From NCBI GenBank assembly GCA_913064685.1, contig CAJYAE010000012.1, positions 943 through 64,942 on the forward strand: 64,000 nucleotides of DNA, written 5' to 3'. Below are positions 35,923-46,608 of the stretch, in pieces; within the stretch, counting starts at the first letter, position 1; the number at the start of each line of letters is the position of its first letter. The position numbers and the translations under genes are program-made. Source of the DNA: an uncultured Gammaproteobacteria bacterium (GTDB lineage Bacteria; Pseudomonadota; Gammaproteobacteria; Pseudomonadales; Azotimanducaceae). Below the pieces are notes generated by a model. It worked only from the letters and a program-made list of their open reading frames with translations. It did no database searches and was not told where the DNA came from.

Positions 35923-37596
35923 ATGGACAAATTACTTGGGCGCATTGGCCGCACCATGCTTGCAGTGCTAAGCGCAACCATTACTGCCACCGCACTGGGT
36001 AGCGAACCGATAGCCATAGAAAAATCTATTTTTTGGGGCGACCTGCATACCCACACCGCGTACTCCATGGACGCTTATGTGCTGAACACCCAAACTACGC
36101 CAGAGGATGCGTATCGCTTTGCTCAGGGCGGCCCGATCACACTTCCCGATGGCAGCACCCACCGACTACACCGACCCTTAGATTTTGCCGCAGTAACCGA
36201 TCACGCCGAGTATTTTGGCCTCATTAACGTCTGCCGTCATGAGCCGGAACGTCCTTACTGCCAAGAATTGGCCAAGGCAGCAGCAGAAAAATCTCGGCGT
36301 GGATTCGTCGAAATTTTCTTACCTTTAATCGTAAGTGGCCAACGAAACTGCTTAGTTGATGATGCTGCCTGCAGCGACTTCGAGGCAAATCTTTGGCAAC
36401 GCACCATCGACGCTGCCGAAGCTGCTAACCAACCCGGCAAGTTTACGACCTTCGTAGCAAGCGAATGGACCGCTTCACCAGACAACTTGCACTGGCACCG
36501 TAACCTCATATATGGCAATGCGAGCGTACCAAACCGCGCCATTAATTCTTTCGATCAGCCGACTCAAGAAAGTATGTGGCGGGCTTTGAAGGAAAACTGC
36601 CAAGACCACCCCCCCTGTGACGTTATTGCCATACCCCACAATGGCAATATTGGGCTAGGCGGCAGCTACAACATCGCCGGGCACAAACCGCCACTGCTGG
36701 GATTACGTGCAAATTTTGAAAGACTCGTAGAAATTCACCAACACAAAGGCTCTAGCGAGTGTTATCCAGGCTCTCTTTATAGTGACGAATCCTGCAATTT
36801 CGAAATCGCTCTGCCTATCCCTATTCGCGACGACCTACGTCTTAAACAACGCAACCTTACCGAACAGGAGCAACGCGATATCGCTAAGGGATACGTAAGA
36901 CCAACGTTGGCCAACGGCTTGGGCATTCAGGCGGAGCTGGGCATCAACCCGTTTAAATATGGCTTCGTTGGCGCCACCGACAGCCATTCCACCCAACCCG
37001 GCAGCACAAAAGAGAGCAATTGGCGCGGCGCGCTTGGCCAGTGGGATTTAGAACTCAAAGACCGCCAGATCTATGCGGCGTATAATCCCGGAGGCTTAAC
37101 TGCCATCTGGGCAAGAGAGAATACCAGATCGGCATTATTTGCCGCCTTACAACGCCGAGAGGTCTACGCAACCAGTGGCACCCGCATTAAATTGCGCGTG
37201 CAACAGACCTTTGCGCCTGCTAGCGCCGTCGACTGCGCAACTCCTCTGGCCAATACCATCCCAATGGGCGGCACCTTCAGCAACGCTGCGGAGGCAAAAA
37301 AGCCCACCTTCATTATTGAGGCAATGCAAGATGCGACACCGATCGCTGCTATTGACCTAATCAAGCTCCAGCAGGTCGAAGGCCAGGTCAAACAGCAGGT
37401 CATAAACCTTAAGCGGTACCCAGAAGGTCAGGCCAGTAGTTGCGTGATCTGGACCGACAATGACTTCGAAAGCGGCGACATGGCGCTTTGGTACGTGCGC
37501 GTTTTAGAACAACCGACCCTACGCTGGGACCAAAAGAGGCAAATTCAGGAACGGGCTTGGTCATCGCCAATTTGGTCGAGCGCCTTACCTGAATAG
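35923..37596 (+). CDS. Secreted DUF3604-family (PHP-like metallo-hydrolase fold) protein
   Basis: Signal peptide MDKLLGRIGRTMLAVLSATITATALG, then WGDLHTHTAYSMDAY, which is typical of DUF3604. ATG 35923 follows GGGAGGAAG. Confidence 0.7.
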   Translation: MDKLLGRIGRTMLAVLSATITATALGSEPIAIEKSIFWGDLHTHTAYSMDAYVLNTQTTPEDAYRFAQGGPITLPDGSTHRLHRPLDFAAVTDHAEYFGLINVCRHEPERPYCQELAKAAAEKSRRGFVEIFLPLIVSGQRNCLVDDAACSDFEANLWQRTIDAAEAANQPGKFTTFVASEWTASPDNLHWHRNLIYGNASVPNRAINSFDQPTQESMWRALKENCQDHPPCDVIAIPHNGNIGLGGSYNIAGHKPPLLGLRANFERLVEIHQHKGSSECYPGSLYSDESCNFEIALPIPIRDDLRLKQRNLTEQEQRDIAKGYVRPTLANGLGIQAELGINPFKYGFVGATDSHSTQPGSTKESNWRGALGQWDLELKDRQIYAAYNPGGLTAIWARENTRSALFAALQRREVYATSGTRIKLRVQQTFAPASAVDCATPLANTIPMGGTFSNAAEAKKPTFIIEAMQDATPIAAIDLIKLQQVEGQVKQQVINLKRYPEGQASSCVIWTDNDFESGDMALWYVRVLEQPTLRWDQKRQIQERAWSSPIWSSALPE

Positions 37597-37691
37597 AGGA
37601 CTATTTGCGTCGATCTTTTATGTGATTAAAGCGTGTAATTGGGGCGATTATGTCGTGAAATATACAGGTTTTGTTAGACTGATCGATTATT

Positions 37692-38402
37692 ATGATACTT
37701 CACGTCCTACCGCCGGCCTTTGGTCAACGTAACCCGAGCCCTTTTTGCCTAAAAGTTGAAATGGCATTAACCCACTTGGGCCTCGACTTCACTCTGCGCG
37801 AAAAAATGGAGCTGACGAAAGCTCCAAAACGCAAACCCTGGCTCGAAGATAACAACAAGGTCATAGCAGATTCGGAACTAATCCTTTGCTATTTGAATAC
37901 CAAAACTGATGGCGGGCTCTTCGGCCACCTCACCCCCCAACAAATGGGCCTAGGGCTTTCATTTGTGCGACTTGCAGAACACCATTTGTACTGGCTGATT
38001 TTGGCATCAAGATGGTTAGACGACGACTGGTTTGCAAATATCCAAAGGGATTTTTTCGGTTACCTGCCCGCTCCGCTTTCATGGATTGTCAGTAAAAGCG
38101 CGCGTCTGCAAATGCGCCTCTTTTATCGATTACACGACGGTCTCGGGTGCCATTGCTCGCAGGAACAAACGCTGCTACTGCGCGCTGACCTGAATGCTAT
38201 TGCAGGGCAAGTCAGCGCCGAAGGCTTCATCACGGGCAAAGAGTTATGTGTTTTCGATTTCGCAGTTGCCGCAATGTTGGTGGCTGGCATGGATAACGAG
38301 CCCGGTACTTGGGTTTCTGAAATAGCGAACGAGTACACCATACTGAGGGACTACGCGGAAAAGGTGCAAGAGAGTGTCGGTGTGTATGGCCGTTTTACTT
38401 AA
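37692..38402 (+). CDS. GST-fold protein (metaxin/FAXC-like subgroup)
   Basis: FGQRNPSPFCLKVEMALTHLGLDF...ADSELI, followed by an alpha-helical C-domain. Confidence 0.6.
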   Translation: MILHVLPPAFGQRNPSPFCLKVEMALTHLGLDFTLREKMELTKAPKRKPWLEDNNKVIADSELILCYLNTKTDGGLFGHLTPQQMGLGLSFVRLAEHHLYWLILASRWLDDDWFANIQRDFFGYLPAPLSWIVSKSARLQMRLFYRLHDGLGCHCSQEQTLLLRADLNAIAGQVSAEGFITGKELCVFDFAVAAMLVAGMDNEPGTWVSEIANEYTILRDYAEKVQESVGVYGRFT

Positions 38403-38436
38403 ACCAATAGACAGTGACAAACACGACATTCTGGAG

Positions 38437-39954
38437 CTAGCGCTCTTGCCGATAAAGGCGCTCGAATACCGGATAACTATCAAGCATTAGTCCCTTTGCA
38501 GATCGACCACCGGCGCTACCAAATTCCCGATACTCTTTGGCGTTAATCGAGTAATTCGGCCAAGCTCCTAGTTCTGCGCCGTTTGGATTACCAAAGGTTG
38601 CAAACCTTACCCAATAATCGGCCATTGCGTTTGCGAGCTGTACGCTCGGCTCAGAGTCAAAGCCAGAGGCATGGCTCGCATTATTGAACACATAGACAAT
38701 TTCCGCGGCATGAAACGCGCCCAGCTCTCGGCCAAGTGGTTGGTGGGTAAAGTAATACATAAATGTCGCAGCGCCATGCAGTACCGATTTCTCCGCCCAG
38801 TAGTGCATGTTCCAACCGAAACCCGCATCAGAGGACAGCGCCAATACGGATTTACGAATATCGTCGCTGGGGTAAAGCCGTAGCACCTCTTTGACTTCGC
38901 GGCCAAAACGCCGCTGCAACGACGCTTCATAGTCCTGCACGTTCTTCGGCATCATGCGCAGCGCGCCCAATGTCGTGCCTTCCTCGGCGTTATAACCCAG
39001 CATTACCGGCACCCGGTTGAATTTACCAAGCTCAAACATTCGATACAGTTGATCAGGGATAAACTTGCCGTCGACAATCGCTCTATAGGAGCGGCCATCG
39101 TCCCCTTGCAGCAGTTCGTGGGCATCCAATTGCCGCATGGCAGCGAGCGATGGCAGACCCAACTTCTGCTGCAAAGCAACACCGCGACTCTCAGCAGAAT
39201 TTTCGCCCGTCTTTAACTCCGGTAGTTTGCGAAAATTCCCACCACTTTGGCCTATCGCTCGATGAAAGAGACCTTCTGCCTCCGGCGAACCGACCAAATG
39301 GTTGACGCTCCAAGCACCCGCAGACTCACCAAAAATAGTGACATTTTCAGGGTCGCCACCAAATGCCGCGATATTCTCTTTGACCCAACGCAGCGCCTGA
39401 ATTTGATCGGACGTGCCATAATTTCCGGAACTATTCGAGCGCACTTCTGCGCTCAGTTCTGGGTGCGCCATATAGCCGAAGACACCCAGGCGGTAGTTAA
39501 TGGTCACCAGCACCACACCTTTCTTCGCCAGTTCGGTGCCATCATAAGTGGCGGCGGACCCTGAACCACGAGTCAACGCTCCACCATGGATCCAAACCAT
39601 TACCGGCAGGGCCTCACCTTCTGGCAAGGAGGACCAAACATTAAGATATAAACAATCCTCACTGGTGGGTTCTGAGGATCGAGCAAAAAATGACCCTTCC
39701 GGATAAGGATGCTGAGCGCAGGCTGGACTAAAACGACCGGCATTGCGCACGCCCTGCCAGCCTGGATGGGCCTCAGCATAGGTCCATCGACGTGCGCCTA
39801 TTGGAGCAATCGCATAGGGAATGCCCTTAAATACAGCAATGTCAGTCGCACGCGAAGATAATGCGCCTTGCAACTTACCGCTCGGCGTAACTAAGTCCAT
39901 CGCAAACCCACAATGAGCGACAGCTAGGAGTAAAAGAAGTAATACGCGCTTCAC
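38437..39954 (-). CDS. Secreted type-B carboxylesterase
   Basis: Signal peptide, then EDCLYLNVW, VWIHGGA and the catalytic serine in FGESAGA. Confidence 0.85.
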   Translation of the reverse strand: MKRVLLLLLLAVAHCGFAMDLVTPSGKLQGALSSRATDIAVFKGIPYAIAPIGARRWTYAEAHPGWQGVRNAGRFSPACAQHPYPEGSFFARSSEPTSEDCLYLNVWSSLPEGEALPVMVWIHGGALTRGSGSAATYDGTELAKKGVVLVTINYRLGVFGYMAHPELSAEVRSNSSGNYGTSDQIQALRWVKENIAAFGGDPENVTIFGESAGAWSVNHLVGSPEAEGLFHRAIGQSGGNFRKLPELKTGENSAESRGVALQQKLGLPSLAAMRQLDAHELLQGDDGRSYRAIVDGKFIPDQLYRMFELGKFNRVPVMLGYNAEEGTTLGALRMMPKNVQDYEASLQRRFGREVKEVLRLYPSDDIRKSVLALSSDAGFGWNMHYWAEKSVLHGAATFMYYFTHQPLGRELGAFHAAEIVYVFNNASHASGFDSEPSVQLANAMADYWVRFATFGNPNGAELGAWPNYSINAKEYREFGSAGGRSAKGLMLDSYPVFERLYRQER

Positions 39955-40226
39955 ATCAGTCCTTATTTACAATGGCATCTATAGGGAGATAAAGACTAAT
40001 GCAGAGATCGGTTCAAGCATAGTCCATGGACCGCACAGCAGATCGTGTCATGATGGCGTGGGTTCTGGTAAGGACAATACGCCGGGTGCGAGCCGCGTTA
40101 ACATAAACCAGAAGCGCGTTCAGCCTGCGACCGGCGCCGGCAATCGCAACCGGCGAGGTGAGCAATCCAAGCCAAACCGCGGGCCTACGAACTCGCTTTA
40201 AACAAATCAAGCATAGGGAATCTAGA

Positions 40227-40904
40227 ATGATCAAATTGCACGGCTTTTCCGCAAGCAACTATTACAACGTACCTAAACTAGCCCTATTAGAAAAAGGTAT
40301 CGAATTTACCGAAGTGCTGTCCTATACCGGAGTGGGTCCAAAATATAAGCCTGAATATTTGGACAAAAGCCCCTTGGGCAAGGTGCCCGCACTAGAGACA
40401 CCCGACGGCTATATCAGCGAATCTCGCGCAATTCTTGATTACATCGAGCGCGCCCACCCCACACCACCTTTGTTACCAGACTCGCCATTTGGTGCCGCCA
40501 AAGTGCAAGAACTCGCGCAATTTATAGAGCTTTATTTCGAACTCGCCGCACGGCGGATGATTCCAAATTTGCTCGGTGGTACCGATCCGGATCCAGCTGT
40601 TTTGCAAGAATTCGCAACCAACATTTCCAAAGCAACAGTAGCACTGGCAAAGCTCTCGAAATTCGAATCGTTCGCTTACGGAGATCAATTCACCGTCGCG
40701 GACATCGCTGCAATTTTAAATCTTCCAGTTGTACGCAGTGTTGGCAAAAAATTCCTCGGGGAAGATCCGTTAGCCGCAGTACCTGGATTGGATGGCTATT
40801 GCGAGCGCATGGAGCAGCGACCTCACGTTAAGACCATTCGCGCCGACTCGGCAGCCGATCAAGCCGGCTTTATGGCGCACTTGAAACAGCTGTATGGCAT
40901 CTAG
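40227..40904 (+). CDS. Glutathione S-transferase
   Basis: MIKLHGFSASNYYNV...GKVPALETPDGYISESRAILDYIE. ATG at 40227. Confidence 0.85.
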   Translation: MIKLHGFSASNYYNVPKLALLEKGIEFTEVLSYTGVGPKYKPEYLDKSPLGKVPALETPDGYISESRAILDYIERAHPTPPLLPDSPFGAAKVQELAQFIELYFELAARRMIPNLLGGTDPDPAVLQEFATNISKATVALAKLSKFESFAYGDQFTVADIAAILNLPVVRSVGKKFLGEDPLAAVPGLDGYCERMEQRPHVKTIRADSAADQAGFMAHLKQLYGI

Positions 40905-40971
40905 CCGCGGCTAACGAACCGCAAGCGGTTATTACAGCTAGGCAGCCAAAAGTAAACAAAACATCTAACTC

Positions 40972-42216
40972 ATGGTCCAAGACATTAAACCGAGCCCAAT
41001 GTCGCCTGCTGCAGAGGCCTACATTTGGGGTTTTCCGCTGGTGTCAGTCCACCGTACGCGACTGTTACTGAGCTCGAAGAACGATGCGGGAGCGGTAAAT
41101 CATGTCGATAGCCTAGCTACACCTAGCGACCGCGCAATCGTGGTTCCCAATAATGACACGCTCTATTCGTCAGGCTGGTACGACCTGAGGCACGGTGATT
41201 TGCTGATTGATGTGCCACCAATGGATCATCCGCATCGGTATTGGAACGTCATGATCACAGACGCCTATACCCATGTAGCTTATGTGAGCCGCCGCCATCA
41301 CGGCGTTAGCGGCACGCAGGTTCGCGTTACCATGGATCCTGCAACCCCACCTAGTAATGACGATAGCGAACTGGTCAGCATCGGCACGCCCACTGCCTGG
41401 GTCATCATAAGAGTACTGGTGGAATCCCCAGAGGACATCAAAACTGCCCGCGAGCTGCAGCACGGGATTACGGTAACCGCGCCAGCGACACATCCACACA
41501 CCCGCACGGAACGTGCTGGTCGTGCCACCACCATCGCTCAAGCTGGCGCTGAGTACTTTGCTGAACTAAAACGCTACATCGAGTTAGATCCGCCCGCGCC
41601 TTGGCACCCGAGCTTATCACCGGCAGCCCAAGCTATCGTCGACAACCCCAGCAGTGTGGCCACCAAAGTGTTAGCAGCCGGAGTCGCAGAGGGAGAGCAA
41701 CTGATACTCCGAGGTAACGGCTCCGACGCAGTTAAACGTAATGGTTGGAGCACCGGTCGCGCAGCCACCGGCTCTGGAGATGACATTTTAAAACGCGCTG
41801 TTGGTGCCAAATTCGGACTAGGTGGGCATCAAGCTATAGAGAATCGATCTTATGCTGCCCAAGCCGATGCCCAGGGCAACCGAATTGACGGCACAAAACC
41901 GCTAACTTTGCGTTTTGCGGCCGACAACAAGCCACCATGCAGTGCGTTCTGGTCCCTTACCGCATATGGCCCCGACATGTACCTGGTGGAAAACGCAATT
42001 GATCGCTGGTCTATTAGCGACCGCACACCAGACCTAAACTATGACGAAGACGGCGGCCTAACCATTACTTTGAGTTACGAACAACCCACCGCCATGACCA
42101 ACTGGCTCCCTGTTCCTGCGGGCCCTTACTTACTGGGACTGCGGGTGTACGAAGGCCACGATGAGGTTGTTAACTGTGCTTGGTTTCCACCTACGCTAAA
42201 CCCAGCCAACGACTGA
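40972..42216 (+). CDS. DUF1254/DUF1214 two-domain protein
   Basis: VVPNNDTLYSSGWYDL is DUF1254-like and FWSLTAYGPDMYLV is DUF1214-like. Confidence 0.7.
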   Translation: MVQDIKPSPMSPAAEAYIWGFPLVSVHRTRLLLSSKNDAGAVNHVDSLATPSDRAIVVPNNDTLYSSGWYDLRHGDLLIDVPPMDHPHRYWNVMITDAYTHVAYVSRRHHGVSGTQVRVTMDPATPPSNDDSELVSIGTPTAWVIIRVLVESPEDIKTARELQHGITVTAPATHPHTRTERAGRATTIAQAGAEYFAELKRYIELDPPAPWHPSLSPAAQAIVDNPSSVATKVLAAGVAEGEQLILRGNGSDAVKRNGWSTGRAATGSGDDILKRAVGAKFGLGGHQAIENRSYAAQADAQGNRIDGTKPLTLRFAADNKPPCSAFWSLTAYGPDMYLVENAIDRWSISDRTPDLNYDEDGGLTITLSYEQPTAMTNWLPVPAGPYLLGLRVYEGHDEVVNCAWFPPTLNPAND

Positions 42217-42238
42217 GGCTCACCAGCCAGCACAATGG

Positions 42239-43462
42239 CTAGTCGTTAATGGCACCATAAATTATGTTCTTCAACTGACCTCGAAAATTGAACGTTGCTG
42301 ACGGCATAAGTTGCGTCATAAAAACCACATAAAGATCTTCTACTGGGTCAACCCAGAAAATGGTGGACGCGGCACCACCCCAATAATAGTCACCGGCACC
42401 CACGGTACCCGAAGCCACCTCGTCTAGAGTTGAGGCAAAACCGAGACCAAAGCCCACACCTTCGTAGGCGGTTTCTGAAAAAGCGCCCATTGCCGCCTGA
42501 CTGAGGTCTGCGCCACCCACAATGTGGTTTTTAGTCATCATAGATAGTGTGCGACTGCCAATGATCTCGACCCCATTGACTGTGCCCCGCTGCCTTAGCA
42601 TCTCGCAAAACTTTGCGTAATCTGCAGTAGTGCTGACCAACCCGCCACCACCGGAGGGAAAGCTCGGTGCCTGCAGGTATTTACTGTTTTGCGGATCATC
42701 AATCAGCCGCAGCGACTTATCCGCTGCACGTTCATAATTCGCGGCAAAACGCTCCACTTTATCTGCGGGCACCCAAAAGGCGGTGTCTTGCATCCCCAAG
42801 GGTTCGAATATTCGCTGCTGCAGAAAATCTTCGAATTTTTGCCCAGAGATTGCTTCGACCAGGCAACCGCATACATCCGTTGCTAACGAATAAAGCCACT
42901 TTGTACCCGGGTCGTAGCGCAACGGTACCTGTGCCAATTTATCCGCAAAAGAACTAATGGTTTCACCATCGCCACGCTGCACCCCTAACTGTTGATAGAC
43001 CGAATCTACAGGGTGGGGGTCTATCGGCAACAACGCACCATAAGTCAGACCCGCGGTGTGGGAGAGAATATGCCGCATCGTCATGGGTGCGGCTGGCGGC
43101 CGCGTCTCCATGTCGGCGCCGCTACCTTGGACCCAGACTTGCTGCCCACGCCATGCTGGCAAAAATCGATACACGGGATCGTTAAGTTGAAAACGCCCTT
43201 CTTCAAACAGCATCATTAAAGCCACGGACGTAATCGGCTTAGTCATCGAATAGATGCGAAAGATCGTATCGTCAGCTACCGGTTTGCCGCGTTCGCGATC
43301 CATATCGCCAAAAGATTGAAAATAGGCCGGTACACCGTGCCGAGCAACCATAACCTGACAGCCGCTAATTTTGTTCGGCTGAATATAGTTATCATTTAAG
43401 TGTCGATCTATTTGCTTGAGCTTTACTGCCGAGAAGCCCGCTTTCGTTGTATTCACGTCCAT
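42239..43462 (-). CDS. Serine hydrolase (class-C beta-lactamase/esterase fold)
   Basis: FRIYSMTKPITS (SxxK), a downstream YSL/Y-x-N region and GGGGLVST. Confidence 0.85.
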   Translation of the reverse strand: MDVNTTKAGFSAVKLKQIDRHLNDNYIQPNKISGCQVMVARHGVPAYFQSFGDMDRERGKPVADDTIFRIYSMTKPITSVALMMLFEEGRFQLNDPVYRFLPAWRGQQVWVQGSGADMETRPPAAPMTMRHILSHTAGLTYGALLPIDPHPVDSVYQQLGVQRGDGETISSFADKLAQVPLRYDPGTKWLYSLATDVCGCLVEAISGQKFEDFLQQRIFEPLGMQDTAFWVPADKVERFAANYERAADKSLRLIDDPQNSKYLQAPSFPSGGGGLVSTTADYAKFCEMLRQRGTVNGVEIIGSRTLSMMTKNHIVGGADLSQAAMGAFSETAYEGVGFGLGFASTLDEVASGTVGAGDYYWGGAASTIFWVDPVEDLYVVFMTQLMPSATFNFRGQLKNIIYGAIND

Positions 43463-43627
43463 TTTTACCCCCTAATGCTGTCCACCTCTAATAATACGCA
43501 AGTAATTCCCGCAATCGTGAAAATACCAGGACCTGCATCATCGTCGAAAACCGATCCATAACAAAAGCCTTGCATTTATATTCCGCAAATCAATAGGATC
43601 TTAGAGAAAGTTACCGGGGGAAAATTA

Positions 43628-44398
43628 ATGATTGATCTAAACTTGAACGGCAAGCGCGCCGTTGTTACCGGCGCGAGTCTGGGTATTGGCGCTGCCATCG
43701 TAAAGATGCTGGCAGACCATGGCGCCGAAGTTGAATTTTGCGCGCGCAATGCTGAAGCAATAGACGCACTGTCAACAAACAGCAACGTTAATGGCCATAT
43801 CGCGGATATGGGTGACCAAACGTCCACTGAAAATTTTATTCAGCGCGTGCTCGATTCGGGGCCGGTAGACATTCTCATTAACAATGTCGGCGCATCGCCA
43901 TCACGCAATTTCTTGTATATGAGCGACGACGATTGGCGAGATTTACACGAGTTAAACCTTTTATCCGCCGTGCGCTGCACTCGCGCATTTCTGCCGGGAA
44001 TGCGCGATAAAAAATCTGGGCGTGTGGTGATGATTTCTAGCTCCGCTGGAAAATACCCTAATGCAGCATTAGTGGATTACGGTGCGACCAAGGCCGCGAT
44101 GATATCCATGTCTAAGTCCCTGGCAAGAAAATACGGGCGCGACGGCGTACTCATTAACAGCGTTCTGCCAGGCCTTATTCATACGGCTATGTGGGAGCGT
44201 GCAGCGGGGGAAATCGCTGAAGCGAGTAATTCAACCGCAGAACAGGTCATTACTAATAATGGCAAGAACGTACCGGTAGGGCGCTATGGTAGCTCCGAAG
44301 AGGTTGCCGCTCTGGTTATATTCCTGTGCTCAGAGGCCGCCTCATACATTAACGGCACAGCGATCGAAGTCGACGGCGGACAGGCCAGTCACACCTAG
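43628..44398 (+). CDS. Short-chain dehydrogenase/reductase
   Basis: AVVTGASLGIGAAI, NNVG and YGATKAA. Confidence 0.85.
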   Translation: MIDLNLNGKRAVVTGASLGIGAAIVKMLADHGAEVEFCARNAEAIDALSTNSNVNGHIADMGDQTSTENFIQRVLDSGPVDILINNVGASPSRNFLYMSDDDWRDLHELNLLSAVRCTRAFLPGMRDKKSGRVVMISSSAGKYPNAALVDYGATKAAMISMSKSLARKYGRDGVLINSVLPGLIHTAMWERAAGEIAEASNSTAEQVITNNGKNVPVGRYGSSEEVAALVIFLCSEAASYINGTAIEVDGGQASHT

Positions 44399-44473
44399 CA
44401 GCATGAACCCAGCGCCTTGTGAAACAATAGCGCTCCCAACATAAATGGCGGGGCAGCGGAGAAAAGGACATCG

Positions 44474-45073
44474 ATGCAAGACGAAGTAATCATATATGGC
44501 TCTGGCGGCAACCGTGCGGCCCGTTGCGTATGGACAGTAAATGAATTGCAATTAGAGGCCCAGTTCGTCAATCACCCAGATTTAATCGGCAGTGATGAGC
44601 TACGCCTAATTCATCCTCAGGCAAAGTTGCCGGCCGCGCTTATTAACGGTGTTGCAATCTTTGAATCCTCCGCAATCTGCATGCAACTGTGCGATTTGAA
44701 TCCGGCAGCAGGACTGTTACCACTGAGCGGCACAAAAGAGCGGGGCGCTGCGGCCCAGTGGATTTCATTTGCGCAATCTGAAATCGAGGCCTACTTGTGG
44801 CATAGCTTTCGCGCATCACGTTTGCACCCGAGTCTCAAAACAACCGAGTTCCCACTGTCGTTCAATAATGAGAGCGCCAGCGCGGGGTTGCAGGTTCTGT
44901 CAAATCGTATGGAATCCACCAATTTCTTATTGGGGGAAAACTTTTCCGTCGCCGACATAATCGTGGGTTGGACTGTAAATTGGGCTATAAAAATGTCATT
45001 GGTCGAACCGAAGTCTTCACTTCATGATTACTTAGCGCGGTTAAAAGCCCGCGACGCCTGCGCATTGAGCTAA
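44474..45073 (+). CDS. Glutathione S-transferase
   Basis: AKLPALINGVAIFESSAICMQLCD, with a GST C-terminal helical domain. Confidence 0.75.
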   Translation: MQDEVIIYGSGGNRAARCVWTVNELQLEAQFVNHPDLIGSDELRLIHPQAKLPAALINGVAIFESSAICMQLCDLNPAAGLLPLSGTKERGAAAQWISFAQSEIEAYLWHSFRASRLHPSLKTTEFPLSFNNESASAGLQVLSNRMESTNFLLGENFSVADIIVGWTVNWAIKMSLVEPKSSLHDYLARLKARDACALS

Positions 45074-45090
45074 TTCGAGCGTCACGATTA

Positions 45091-46311
45091 TCAGGATGAG
45101 TCCGGCAATGGCAAATCAAACCCAAATTCCGCAGAAATTGCCTCGTTGTCCGCGCCGAGTTTAGGCGGAGCGCGATAGAGATTGGTCGGCGTTTCCAAAA
45201 ATTTAATCGGGCTCGCAGCTAACTGAATACTGGGGTTATCTCCCGCAGGCTGGCACTGCTCCAACATCCCGCGCGCTTTTACATGGTCGTCAGCGAAAAT
45301 GTCCGACATGTTCTGCACTGGACCTGCGGGTAGCCGCCCATCTAGCTTCGCCATTAGCTCGGCACGGGTATATTGGGCAGTCCACGCGCAAATTTGTTCT
45401 TCAACCCAGTCGACATTCTGCAGCCGTGCGGCATTAGTGGCGCTGCGCTCATCAACAATCATATCCGCTCGCTCCATCACGGCACACAACAACTCCCAGT
45501 GATGGGGCTGCCCTACGGCAAGGGATATACGCCCATCCTTTGCGGGGAACAGATCGAACGGATACAGCGTCATTGCGCGCTGCAAACCCGCAGCATTGGG
45601 CTTGCCGGTAAAACTGAATTGCGCTACTGCGCTTTTTTGAAACGCCAGCATAGCATCGTACATCGACACATCGAGAAACTGTCCCTCTCCTGTTATGCGC
45701 GCATGATGGATCGCAGACAGGGCACCAAAGGCCATTAAAGTGCCCGGAAAAACATCAGCAATGGCCGGTGTGACGAGATTATCATTTGCATGGACAAGGC
45801 CACCAAAGCTCTGCGCTGCAGCATCAAGCGAGGGCCAATGTGCATAGGGACTCTCGCCCGTACGAGGATCACCAAATCCGCGCACACAGGCGTAGATGAT
45901 GCGCGGATTACGGTTTTTAATGGTTTCATAGGACAAGCCAAGCTTCTCCATTACACCCGCACGCATATTCTCCAACACGATGTCGGCACGCTCACACAAA
46001 TTTAAGAACGCCTCTTTGCCGCGTTCCTGCTTGAGATCTATGCACACGCTTTCTTTGTTCCTATTCACCGCCGCAAACGGCGCACCATAGTCGGAGCCGG
46101 CGTCTTTTTCCTCATAGGCCGAGGCATGGTCCGGCAGAAACGGCGGGATATTTCTATAGCCATCACCGTATGGCGGTTCAACTTTAATGACTCGCGCACC
46201 CAAATCCGCGAATAATCCGGCTCCGTATGGGCCGGCAAGCGCACGCGTACAGTCGATGACCAGCAAGTCCTGCAACGGCCCCTGACGTTTGGTTTCATTC
46301 ACAGTGTTCAT
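45091..46311 (-). CDS. CoA-transferase family III (CaiB/BaiF)
   Basis: LLVIDCTRALAGPYGAGLFADLGARVIKVEPP and a C-terminal PKLGADNEAI. ATG at 46311. Confidence 0.85.
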   Translation of the reverse strand: MNTVNETKRQGPLQDLLVIDCTRALAGPYGAGLFADLGARVIKVEPPYGDGYRNIPPFLPDHASAYEEKDAGSDYGAPFAAVNRNKESVCIDLKQERGKEAFLNLCERADIVLENMRAGVMEKLGLSYETIKNRNPRIIYACVRGFGDPRTGESPYAHWPSLDAAAQSFGGLVHANDNLVTPAIADVFPGTLMAFGALSAIHHARITGEGQFLDVSMYDAMLAFQKSAVAQFSFTGKPNAAGLQRAMTLYPFDLFPAKDGRISLAVGQPHHWELLCAVMERADMIVDERSATNAARLQNVDWVEEQICAWTAQYTRAELMAKLDGRLPAGPVQNMSDIFADDHVKARGMLEQCQPAGDNPSIQLAASPIKFLETPTNLYRAPPKLGADNEAISAEFGFDLPLPDSS

Positions 46312-46608
46312 AATTTTTCTCTCGCGCAACTTAACTCGTAACCCCATAGGTAAGCCTACAATATTAACCAGGCAACTGGCCTCAGTTCTCAGAGTCCCGA
46401 TGATAAGCCTCCGTATTGGAGCCGGCCATTATGCTCTGGCCTTCATGGTGCGGCATGAGTAAAGCAATAAATGCCGTCGCAGCACACGCTGGCAGCGCCA
46501 AAATATAGAATAAAGCTCACCCTCGGCACTCAAACGCATCTAAACATCGTGTCGAAACTTAGATATCGTTAATATCACCTTAACCCACTCTATTGAGACA
46601 GTAGCACC

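Noticed and set aside
40013-40258. An 81-aa minus-strand ORF lies in the 272-bp spacer between the carboxylesterase and GST genes.
   Set aside because: The product is Arg-rich and low in complexity, the ORF overlaps the GST start, and no motif or SD is present. This is most likely just a divergent promoter region.
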